From an uncultured Candidatus Saccharimonas sp. (GTDB lineage: Bacteria; Patescibacteriota; Saccharimonadia; Saccharimonadales; OMJO01), in contig CALRAM010000001.1 of the NCBI GenBank assembly GCA_943353165.1, forward strand, positions 237,803 to 301,802: a stretch of DNA of 64,000 bases. The letters are read 5' to 3'. Below are positions 38,668-47,476 of this stretch, piece by piece. Each line of letters opens with the position of its first letter. Positions within the stretch are counted from its first letter, which is position 1. The notes under the pieces are model-generated. The model searched no databases. It was not told where the DNA came from and worked only from the letters and a program-made list of their open reading frames with translations. Both the position numbers and the translations under genes were made by a program.

Positions 38668-41600
38668 CTATCTGATTACATGGTAGTAAAACGTCAGGGT
38701 TTTACTTATAGTCGTTGTGGTCTGTGTACCCAGCACAAATGTTGTTGCGGTCGGGGTGGCATAGTAGTTTAGGTTCTCGCCTGCTGTGACAGAATCTCCT
38801 GGAGTCAATACCACCATTGGTGCGGTAGTATAGGTCGTCCCAAATGTCACCGTTACTATAGTTCCTGCTGCGCAACCCGACGCACCAGTCGTAACTACTA
38901 TCTTGCCAGCAGTATCATTGCCAGCGGAACTTGTAGCAACTCCGCCAGTACAGGCAGCTGCACCCACAGCAAATGCTGTGGCCGTCGAACCAACACTGTT
39001 GCCAGATATAATATGCCCTGCAAATGTTATGCCGCCAGTTCCAGACGCCAACAACAGGGAGCTCGCACCAGTTGACGAACCTAGCGTTACCGTCTGGGCA
39101 GCTGCCCCTGTAGCTATATTTACCGTCCGGGTAGAGGCAGACGTACCTATTCCTATAGTACCCGTTCCTGCTTGTAGCGTCAGCGAGCTACCCCCAGTAG
39201 ACGAGCCTACCGTTACTGCTTTGGCATTTGCACTGTTACCTATATTTACAGCGCCCGTTGTACCAGAGTCTAGAGTCAGGGTACTGCTAGTTGTTGTATT
39301 GATTGTCAGCCCACCAGTGCTGGTTATGGCAGTAGGGGATAGTTTCAGTGTTGTCGCTCCGGCTGCGGTGCCTACAGCCAATGTTCCTGCAGCAGTCCTA
39401 TAAAATACGGTATCGTTGTCGTAGCCGAAGGATACTCCTGAATTGTACGTAGTGGGCGTTGCCAGATCAGCCCCTAGTTGCAGTGCGGAAGTACTAGAGG
39501 TTGAAATAGAGACGCCGAAGTTATATGTACCGACAGTTTGCGGCCCGACAGACAGCCCTACAGCACTAACTATTGAACCGCTACTAGAATTTGTGGCTGA
39601 GCGTACAATCAGCCCATAAGCAGCCTCTAGCACCGTACTACCCGTGTTGTTCACGCCGAAAGATCCGCCAGCTACAGCGTCCGTTAGGCCGGTCAACCCA
39701 TTGCTTTGGGCCGTAGCGTATACTCCCGAGCATACATTGCCAAAAAAGAATACGTGCGGACAACCAGCTGGGTTGGTGGTGGCGGTAAAATCATGATGTA
39801 TCCCTAATGCGTAAAAAGCGTTTGGAGTGCCGCCAGAACCTATGGACACAATCCCATCTATATCCGCATTGGCACTTACCGCTAGCCCGGTATTTCCCAA
39901 GGTCGCGCTATTTGCCAGTCCAGCTGTTAACAACTGAGAAACCGTTAATGCACCGGCGTTAGTTGTAGTAATACCTGCTCTACCTAGGCTTATGGCTGTT
40001 TGGGTTGAACCACCTATAGTCAACGTCCCTGCAGCTGCCCTATCTAGTGAATTGGCCAATACACCGGCAAACTGAGGTGTTGCGCCAGTGTTGATGTTTT
40101 GGATGGTGTTTACAGCCCCAGAGCTGACACTAAAGTTGGTGCTGTTAAAGCTGGCTATGCCTTTGGCTGAAGTACTGGCATCGTCTATGGTTAGCACCCC
40201 GCCCGAACCAGTGGCATTGTTTACAGTAACCACTCCTGTTTGTCCATTAATGCTAGTAACCCCACCGCCAGCTCCACCCGTACAAGCATTGAAGCTCAAT
40301 ACGCCAAACCCATTACTCTGCAAACAATCGCCGTTACTGCCCGCAGTTGTAGGCAATGTCAGCACTAGGTTTGCCGCCGTAGCTCCACTTTGCAGGGTAA
40401 TAGTGTTGGCGTTGGTAGAGTTGTAAAAGAGTAAACTACCGGTTGTAGTGCTGGCTTTACCAGATGCAAAACCACCGGCTTCGTTCAGGATAGTTATACC
40501 GCCTGTTTCTTGCAGGATGGAGTTTTCCAGGTTGTAGGCTGCGGTAAACTTAGGCAGGTAGTTTGCCGTGCCTCCAGACGAACCAACGCTACCTCCAGAT
40601 CCTACACAGTTGCCACTGCTTAGACATACCACTCCAGCTAAATCTGGGAATGTAATTGCCCTGTTAGCGGTTAAGGCAGAAGAATCCAGGGTAGCATAGA
40701 AAGCATTTGTTTCATTGCCCACTATGACTAGTCCATTTGTAGTGTCAGCTCCCAGTATAGTGTTGCCCGCGGCATTCTGTATCTGGAAGGCTGTTGTTGT
40801 ATCAGTCTGATTTTTAAATAGTGCATTGCCCCGCACATCGAGTGAAGTAGTTGGCGCATTGATACCTATGCCAACCTTGGAGCCAAATCCTGTTACACTA
40901 GACGCCGCCGTACCTCCGCAGGTCCATGTACCGTCATCAGTTGCAGGAGAGCTGGTAATCGTAGTTGGCACAGTTACAGTACACTTCAGCTCAGCACCCG
41001 AACTGGTGCTTCGATAAAAGTTATAGCTACCCGCACCTGTAACCGCTGTAAAGTTGATAGATAATGAGTTCAGATTAGTTCTGGCGGTGTTGGAGCCCGG
41101 TATTGCTCCACTTGGTGTAGTAATATTATCTGTTGCTGTAGTGGATGTATTATTAGCAATTGTCTGGTCAAGCAAGAAAGCTCCGCCATTAGTGCTGCGA
41201 TATATTTTACGAGAAGTTGTCCCTGAACCTCCTAGCGGGATAGCCGTCAAGGTAATCTGTTTACTTGAGACATTTACCAATGTATTGCTGATAGTTCCCC
41301 CATCAGTCTCGCCATTTGCAGTTACAAAAGTGACTTTATAGTTACAGCCAGTGGCGTTACATGTAACATTTCCTGCCGTAACAGAAGCAGTCGCAGTTAA
41401 GGCTGTTGGCGCCGTAAGCGGCGTCAATGGAACTGAAAGCTCAGCAGAAGGAGCAGACTCGCCACCGACCCCAACTGATGTTACTTTGTAATAATAGGTG
41501 CTCGCCGCACCAGAGAGTGAGCCGCTACTATTCGAAATCGTTCCTGTTGTGGGTGTGCTTGGTGTCGTAAAATTGTTTATGACGAAATTGCCCTGAGTAA

Positions 41601-44600
41601 CGTTTACATTCCCACCGCTTGTATCCGCAGAGAATAGACTAGCACCGCTAGCATTTTGTATATTAAATGCTGACGTGGAGTTGGTGGTGTTTCTGAACAA
41701 AGACGCTGCTGCGCTATTGAACCCATAGCCCGCCACCGTAGTACTGGTACCAATATTCACACTGGAGCTTGCGGCATCGACGCTGAATATGTTGGCGCTA
41801 CTATCGGAGTTCTGAACTATTAGGGCCGTAGTTGAAGTAGACAGAACTTTTACAACACCATTTACATCAGACGACAGGCTGTTGGCGTACACCATTTTGT
41901 CGCTGGTTACTCTAAGTGGTGCGGATATTGGATCTCTACCTTCATTTATGGTATCTATATAGACGCCAGAGTACGGCAGGGTTTTACTACCCAGGCTGAC
42001 GCCACCGCCACGAACTGTGGCCTGTGAAAGGGCACAGGTTAAGTCTACACAGTGTACAACGCTGTTGTTTAGGCCAACATTAGTGCCGCCAGCAGCTCCA
42101 CCATTTGCTACAATTATCGGAAAACCATCATTACCTATTAACGCTGTGGAGTTTTGGCCATAATTATAAAAAGTATTTCCAAATGGAATGATCGTTGGCA
42201 ATGTAGGAGCTAAACTACTACATGTCAAGTTAGCGCAATGTGCTATGTAGAGGGCGCTGGCGGTATGTGCGTATGTGATTATCGGTAGGCCATCCACACC
42301 AATCGTCATACTAATATTATTTTGAGAACCTCTAACACTACCATTAATAGCTACATCAGATACCACAGCTGGTCCTGAATATGACGAACAGGTAGATGTA
42401 AGGCATCTATACGCTATAATAGGACTTCCTACAGCAGATATGTTTTGTGTAATAATTACAGGCTTACCGTCTGCGATGGCCATGGCTGTATTTTGACCAA
42501 TATTATTGCCGGGATAACTTATTGTATTGGTGGTGGATGCAGTGGCAAATAGACTACAATTCGTATCGTTACAGCGTGTAACATTTATTGTGTCAGTGCC
42601 GTCTTCGTTTCGGTAGGCGACTATCGGGACACCGTCTTGTCCTTTACTTGCTGAAATATAATCGCCGGTGTTGCCAGCCGATATTTTCTGCTCCGTGTTC
42701 ATTGCAGTACAATTTTTGTCTGTGCATCGCGTCAAAACTATGTCATTAGAGGTGGCGTTCTTATGAAAGAAGAGTGGTATGCCATCAGCACTTAAAACGC
42801 CATTTACGTACCATCCAGTGGTATCATTAGTAGTCGTTTGCAGGATCCTATTGCCACTGGAACAGTCATTTTGCGTACAGACTATTACGAATATCTTTTT
42901 TGCCGCGGTGTCGCGTACAGCGATAATTGGTAGGCCGTTCTCCTGCATGATAATACTGCTATAGGTGCCGATATCATTTCCGGAGCCATATGGACTACTG
43001 AACGAGGTTGTAATGACAGCTTCAGCCGGAAGAACGCTACTACATGTAGAATTTTTACACTTTTGAACAACAAACTTATTGTTTGTGGAATCCTTAACTC
43101 CAATTATCGGCTTGCCGTCACCACCCATTGCCATCGTTGTTCCACTATTAGTGTAGTCAATGACACCCTGTTGAGAAAGTTGCGATAACGTTCGTAGTTG
43201 CGAGGTGCTAGAACTTGTAAAGCCTGGATTAATCAGTGCGTTGGCACTGTCTACCGCTAATATGCTGCTTCCGCTGGCATTTTGTACAGCAAATGCAGTG
43301 GTGGAATCTGTAGTATTTCTAAACACTGCCTGTCCGCTTCCGGAAATATCGCCATTTATGCTGACTCCTTGCATGAAAGTTGCTGCGTCAGTTACTTGGA
43401 ATCTACCAGCTATTAATGTATTTCCTGCTGTCAGGGTGCCTCCGCCGCTACTACTCTGTAGGCCATTGCCACCTAAACCAACCAAATCTAGCGAGCCACC
43501 TACATACGTGCGTGGACCGCTGGCATACTGAACCTCACCCAGATTTGAACCACTGACAATATAAAAGTACCCGTTGGCGGTTGCCATACCCAAAGCTCCT
43601 GATCCCGTAGTCAAGGTGCCCGATATTTGGGTAAATGTACCCAAAGATCCAGAAGCGCCAATTTGGGCATATTCGTAACTGTTTAATCCACTTCCGCCGA
43701 CCGCATACATGTATCCATTCATAACCCCTACACCCAGATATCCCCTAGCAGTGGTCAAGACACCGGTCAGTTTTGTCCATGCCCCCAACGCACCCGTACC
43801 ATCACTGTTTATCAGCGTTCTGTATATATCTTCTTGGCCAACGTTTGAACTATTTTCACCACCAACATAGTACAGATATCCGTTTGATACGATTGCCTGT
43901 CCGCCCATCCTAGCATCCGTCAAAGCAGGCGGGGCCGTAAGTGGTGATGTACAGGTGCTGCCGCTGACACAAAAGGAACCAACCGATCCATCGGCATTTA
44001 GTTTGGCATACTGCACAGAATTAGTTGGCGTACTAGGATAGCCATAATAAGCAGTTGTAGCGCCTCCAATTATGTAGATGTATCCGTTGTGAACCACTAC
44101 GCCCGGACTAAGAACTGCTGTCACCATCTTGTTGTCTGCCAATTTCCAGCTAGAAATAGTTCCATCACTTTTTATTGCACCGTAGTAAATAGTCGTTGTT
44201 ACTGCAGTGGTAGAATCTGCACCACCTACAACATACATGTATCCATTGTCAATAACTGCCCCCGGAAATTCTCGCTCGGGGTTTGTGCCACCCAGAGGTA
44301 AAGTGGCGGCCCATGCACCAACTGTACCATTTGGGTTTATTGGGGCGTATGATACACCTGCCTGCAAGCTTAACCCATTATAGCCGGCAACTCTGTATAG
44401 GTATGACCCGTTTGAAACAGTAGCATGCTGATTCCAAAGAGACCCAAGGCTAGTTGTATTCGCCCATGCTTGCAGTGTTCCAGAGTTGTTGCCATTGATA
44501 TTTATAACACTATTTGTAGTATCAATATTAAACAGTTGTGCTCCAGCTGCATTTTGAACCTGAAAGGCAGTTGTGGAATTGGTGCTATTTTTTGCTAGGA

Positions 44601-47298
44601 CAGCAGTATTTATGATTCCCGCCGGACTGACACCGAATACCGAAGTGCCGGCAGTGTTCTGAACTTCAAAAACATTTGTAGATTGGTTGGTATTTGCCCT
44701 GGCTACAAGTGTAGCGGCCGTGTTGGTGCCTGCAGTGTTAGTTGTCTGAAATAACCCAGATGCGTTAGTTTCACTCTGGCCGAGCACACCGTAACCACCA
44801 CCACCAACACCTTTTACTCCACCACCAACACCAAAGCTCTGGGTGCCGACAACTCCATAAGACAGATTGTTGTTTGTGGTACCTATAAATGCGTTTCCGG
44901 CTGTATTTGTGGCGTTTATGGTGCCCTGCAATGTGTCCGCCCAAAATATCGTTGTTCCGCCGCTCTGCTTTATGTTAAATGCCGCACTGTTGTCCGCAGA
45001 GTTTTGGAAGGTTGTGCTTCCAGTAGCCCCGACACTGAACAGATTGGCAGTACCAGAGTTTTGGATCTGTAACAAATCGGCTGTCTGACCAGCTGCACCG
45101 CGAATTAATCCACCAACATAGCCGATGTTGGCGCTTTGAATAGCAAAGTTGCCGTTGGTTTGCACGCCATTACCGTTCTGGATATAGTTACCCGAACCAC
45201 TAGAGGCTGCACAGCCAGCCAGGTTACAAACAACAGTGCCAGTAATACGCAACGAAGCTACCGCAGAAGTCAGGTTTACATCGCCATTTACATCTAGTGC
45301 ATAACCACTTGGATAGGTGTTTATGCCCACACGCTTGTTCAGGGTGTCAACAACCAGAACATTGCTGGTCCCTGCTGCATCTAGAACCCTGAAAGCCCCT
45401 GTCGTGTCCGACGTATTTTGAAATGTAGCAGCTCCAGTGGCTGTAACATTAAATAAATTAGTACCGGCGCTGTTTTGCAACTGGAATAGATCTGCGCTTT
45501 GACTAACAGCACCTTTTATAACGCCGCCAACATATGTGGCATTAGCTGATTGAATGGCAAAGTTAGCACCCCCCGGTTGTATGCCGTTGCCGTTTTGTAT
45601 ATAGGAACCGCTGCCTGAAGTTGCATCACAACCACTAGCGGTACATTTTATGTCGCCGCCTATGCGGAGAGCAGAAGTTCCAACTATGTTTATGTCTCCG
45701 TTGACATCTAGTTTGTAGGCAGGCGCTATACCGATGCCAACGTAATTTAGGTTGGTGTCAGCTATAAACAGATTTGAAGTACCAGCGGCGTTTTGTATAG
45801 AAAACGCTGTAGCAGAATCCGATGATGGCCTAGCAACTACATTACCCGTACTGCCAACACTAAATACAGGTGTTGCGTTTGATATCTGTAGCTCCAGCAG
45901 GCTAGCAGACTGGCCAGCAGCGCCCCTAACTTTAGCTCCTATGTATGTGGCATTAGCTGATTGAATGCCAAAGTTAGCATTCGATTGTATGCCGTTTCCG
46001 TTCTGAATATAGGAACCGCTGCCTGAAGTTGCATCACAACCACTAGCGGTACATTTTATGTCGCCGCCTATGCGGAGAGCAGAAGTTCCAACTATGTTTA
46101 TGTCTCCGTTGACATCTAGTTTGTAGGCAGGCGCTATACCGATGCCAACAAGACCTGTAGATGTATTTGTATCCACATTCAAAACTCCCGAACCTGCAGA
46201 GTTTTGTACCTGAAAAGCTGTGACAGAATTTGTGGCAGTACGAATACTGGTATTTCCAGTAGCCCCGACACTAAACACAGAACTACCAGTGTGCTCCTGC
46301 AACTCTAGCAGGCTACCAGACTGAAATATTACTCCCTGAACAACCAAGCCCTTGTTTGCCAAGGCTCCCGTAGCTATCACAGTCTGGGCCAACCCGTCTG
46401 GGCTAGTAGGACTGTTTATGCTCAACTTGTTACCTGGTGTTGCGTTGCCGATGCCAACATTACCACCTGCCGCTACCGTCAGCCTAGTAATGTTATTTGT
46501 TATAAAGTTCAAATCGTTGTTATCCGTGGTACCCAGTACGCCAGTAGCAGCAAAGGCGTTGCCTCCCTGCAAAAAAGCGTTTCCGCTACCGCTGGCACAA
46601 GCAGAAAAGCTCAGAGTTCCTGCGCCATCGGTAGTCAGACATTGGCTGATAGCTCCCCCGTTTGCTGGTAGCGTCAGGGTTACATTGGCCGTACCGGCGG
46701 CGGCTTGCAACAACACGGCGTTGCCATTAGTTCCGCTCAATTTCAATCCACCAAAGAGTGGCGAAGCTGTAGTAGCCAAATCTTGGGGCAATTTTGTGCC
46801 AAATGTAGTCAGCAATGCCAAAACTTCAACTTCTGTCAGCCCCACAGCATCGCTGTTTGCTATGGTCAAATAGGTTGTACCGTTGTAGTACCGCAAATCT
46901 CCGGTTGTGCTATCCAAATAAACTTGACCCAAAACAGAAGTAGTTGGTTCGACAGTTGGATTGATGACCAATCCCTGCGTAGTCTGTAACTGACCGTTTA
47001 TAACCACCCTGTCAGTTTTATCCAAGGTCAGTGGGGTTGTGTTTTTTGCCAGCTTGCCCAAATCCACATCCTGAGTTTTGACCTGACCATTGTTTGACGG
47101 TTTTTGGTTTTTGGCCAGATTACCCTTTAAAAACAACAACCCAGCGACCAGGGCAACAACCAATATTATAACGCCAAAAACCCACTTCCAGGGGATCTGT
47201 TTCCCGACTGGCAGTTTTGGCGCAGGAACAGTCGTCGTTTGAACTGTTGGTGGTGCGTCAAGTGCTACCGATTCACTTCGCCATTGTTGTTCTTCCAT
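38668..47298 (-). CDS. giant (2,876 aa) membrane-anchored surface protein with tandem beta-rich modules, Kelch-like propeller, Cys-pair repeats and FN3-like segments
   Basis: Single uninterrupted ORF. A ~36-aa N-terminal stub is followed by one TM (WKWVFGVIILVVALVAGLLFL). The rest is T/G/S/A/N-rich with very few charged residues. See findings for the domain map. Confidence 0.85.
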   Translation of the reverse strand: MEEQQWRSESVALDAPPTVQTTTVPAPKLPVGKQIPWKWVFGVIILVVALVAGLLFLKGNLAKNQKPSNNGQVKTQDVDLGKLAKNTTPLTLDKTDRVVINGQLQTTQGLVINPTVEPTTSVLGQVYLDSTTGDLRYYNGTTYLTIANSDAVGLTEVEVLALLTTFGTKLPQDLATTASPLFGGLKLSGTNGNAVLLQAAAGTANVTLTLPANGGAISQCLTTDGAGTLSFSACASGSGNAFLQGGNAFAATGVLGTTDNNDLNFITNNITRLTVAAGGNVGIGNATPGNKLSINSPTSPDGLAQTVIATGALANKGLVVQGVIFQSGSLLELQEHTGSSVFSVGATGNTSIRTATNSVTAFQVQNSAGSGVLNVDTNTSTGLVGIGIAPAYKLDVNGDINIVGTSALRIGGDIKCTASGCDATSGSGSYIQNGNGIQSNANFGIQSANATYIGAKVRGAAGQSASLLELQISNATPVFSVGSTGNVVARPSSDSATAFSIQNAAGTSNLFIADTNLNYVGIGIAPAYKLDVNGDINIVGTSALRIGGDIKCTASGCDATSGSGSYIQNGNGIQPGGANFAIQSANATYVGGVIKGAVSQSADLFQLQNSAGTNLFNVTATGAATFQNTSDTTGAFRVLDAAGTSNVLVVDTLNKRVGINTYPSGYALDVNGDVNLTSAVASLRITGTVVCNLAGCAASSGSGNYIQNGNGVQTNGNFAIQSANIGYVGGLIRGAAGQTADLLQIQNSGTANLFSVGATGSTTFQNSADNSAAFNIKQSGGTTIFWADTLQGTINATNTAGNAFIGTTNNNLSYGVVGTQSFGVGGGVKGVGGGGYGVLGQSETNASGLFQTTNTAGTNTAATLVARANTNQSTNVFEVQNTAGTSVFGVSPAGIINTAVLAKNSTNSTTAFQVQNAAGAQLFNIDTTNSVININGNNSGTLQAWANTTSLGSLWNQHATVSNGSYLYRVAGYNGLSLQAGVSYAPINPNGTVGAWAATLPLGGTNPEREFPGAVIDNGYMYVVGGADSTTAVTTTIYYGAIKSDGTISSWKLADNKMVTAVLSPGVVVHNGYIYIIGGATTAYYGYPSTPTNSVQYAKLNADGSVGSFCVSGSTCTSPLTAPPALTDARMGGQAIVSNGYLYYVGGENSSNVGQEDIYRTLINSDGTGALGAWTKLTGVLTTARGYLGVGVMNGYMYAVGGSGLNSYEYAQIGASGSLGTFTQISGTLTTGSGALGMATANGYFYIVSGSNLGEVQYASGPRTYVGGSLDLVGLGGNGLQSSSGGGTLTAGNTLIAGRFQVTDAATFMQGVSINGDISGSGQAVFRNTTDSTTAFAVQNASGSSILAVDSANALINPGFTSSSTSQLRTLSQLSQQGVIDYTNSGTTMAMGGDGKPIIGVKDSTNNKFVVQKCKNSTCSSVLPAEAVITTSFSSPYGSGNDIGTYSSIIMQENGLPIIAVRDTAAKKIFVIVCTQNDCSSGNRILQTTTNDTTGWYVNGVLSADGIPLFFHKNATSNDIVLTRCTDKNCTAMNTEQKISAGNTGDYISASKGQDGVPIVAYRNEDGTDTINVTRCNDTNCSLFATASTTNTISYPGNNIGQNTAMAIADGKPVIITQNISAVGSPIIAYRCLTSTCSSYSGPAVVSDVAINGSVRGSQNNISMTIGVDGLPIITYAHTASALYIAHCANLTCSSLAPTLPTIIPFGNTFYNYGQNSTALIGNDGFPIIVANGGAAGGTNVGLNNSVVHCVDLTCALSQATVRGGGVSLGSKTLPYSGVYIDTINEGRDPISAPLRVTSDKMVYANSLSSDVNGVVKVLSTSTTALIVQNSDSSANIFSVDAASSSVNIGTSTTVAGYGFNSAAASLFRNTTNSTSAFNIQNASGASLFSADTSGGNVNVTQGNFVINNFTTPSTPTTGTISNSSGSLSGAASTYYYKVTSVGVGGESAPSAELSVPLTPLTAPTALTATASVTAGNVTCNATGCNYKVTFVTANGETDGGTISNTLVNVSSKQITLTAIPLGGSGTTSRKIYRSTNGGAFLLDQTIANNTSTTATDNITTPSGAIPGSNTARTNLNSLSINFTAVTGAGSYNFYRSTSSGAELKCTVTVPTTITSSPATDDGTWTCGGTAASSVTGFGSKVGIGINAPTTSLDVRGNALFKNQTDTTTAFQIQNAAGNTILGADTTNGLVIVGNETNAFYATLDSSALTANRAITFPDLAGVVCLSSGNCVGSGGSVGSSGGTANYLPKFTAAYNLENSILQETGGITILNEAGGFASGKASTTTGSLLFYNSTNANTITLQSGATAANLVLTLPTTAGSNGDCLQSNGFGVLSFNACTGGAGGGVTSINGQTGVVTVNNATGSGGVLTIDDASTSAKGIASFNSTNFSVSSGAVNTIQNINTGATPQFAGVLANSLDRAAAGTLTIGGSTQTAISLGRAGITTTNAGALTVSQLLTAGLANSATLGNTGLAVSANADIDGIVSIGSGGTPNAFYALGIHHDFTATTNPAGCPHVFFFGNVCSGVYATAQSNGLTGLTDAVAGGSFGVNNTGSTVLEAAYGLIVRSATNSSSGSIVSAVGLSVGPQTVGTYNFGVSISTSSTSALQLGADLATPTTYNSGVSFGYDNDTVFYRTAAGTLAVGTAAGATTLKLSPTAITSTGGLTINTTTSSTLTLDSGTTGAVNIGNSANAKAVTVGSSTGGSSLTLQAGTGTIGIGTSASTRTVNIATGAAAQTVTLGSSTGASSLLLASGTGGITFAGHIISGNSVGSTATAFAVGAAACTGGVATSSAGNDTAGKIVVTTGASGCAAGTIVTVTFGTTYTTAPMVVLTPGDSVTAGENLNYYATPTATTFVLGTQTTTTISKTLTFYYHVIR
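45599..45741 (-). repeat. 143-bp core of tandem coding repeat, copy B (identical to 46007-46149)
   Basis: Base-for-base identity read directly. Encodes GIGIAPAYKLDVNGDINIVGTSALRIGGDIKCTASGCDATSGSGSYI. Confidence 0.9.
46007..46149 (-). repeat. 143-bp core of tandem coding repeat, copy A (identical to 45599-45741; period 408 nt)
   Basis: Base-for-base identity read directly. The flanks are similar but diverged, with a 3-nt indel on one side. Confidence 0.9.
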
Positions 47299-47359
47299 TT
47301 TTTTTCTGTTTTTTCTCTTTTAAGTGCGTATTTATTTTTTGTTGCGAGCACTTAACAAA

Positions 47360-47389
47360 ATTATACCTCTTATGCCTCTTTGAACACAA
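47360..47389 (-). promoter_or_regulatory. candidate promoter of the giant gene
   Basis: The minus strand reads TTGTGT-18 nt-TATAAT. The predicted ~60-nt leader contains a perfect 8-bp inverted repeat TTAAGTGC/GCACTTAA (47320-47327 and 47348-47355). Confidence 0.35.
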
Positions 47390-47393
47390 ATAG

Positions 47394-47402
47394 TTATCCA
47401 CA
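47394..47402 (+). promoter_or_regulatory. perfect DnaA box TTATCCACA (proximal, 4 nt from the predicted -35)
   Basis: Exact 9-mer consensus inside the 17-bp repeat TAGTTATCCACAGTTTT. Confidence 0.6.
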
Positions 47403-47467
47403 GTTTTTGCTTTTTTCTGACCCCTGTTAACTCAATATTGGGTACAAGTTTTATTCATATTGTCTAG

Positions 47468-47476
47468 TTATCCACA
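47468..47476 (+). promoter_or_regulatory. perfect DnaA box TTATCCACA (distal)
   Basis: Second exact copy of the same 17-bp repeat, 74 bp from the first in the same orientation, ending 3 nt from the stop codon of the 283-aa gene. Confidence 0.6.

Noticed and set aside
45100-46330. Possibility that the near-identical repeats are a diversity-generating retroelement (TR/VR pair) or a CRISPR-like array
   Set aside because: No reverse transcriptase or cas gene is in the window. The copies are in-frame tandem coding modules with a 408-nt period. Differences between copies are not restricted to adenine positions. There is no spacer-repeat structure.
38903-46989. Numerous 60-173-aa plus-strand ORFs inside the giant gene (for example 38903-39403, 40088-40426, 43205-43531, 46352-46873)
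   Set aside because: They lie antisense to a long, continuous, repeat-structured minus-strand ORF. Their translations are low-complexity P/A/V/L strings, as expected from reading G/T/S/A-rich codons backwards. They have no RBS or recognisable motifs.
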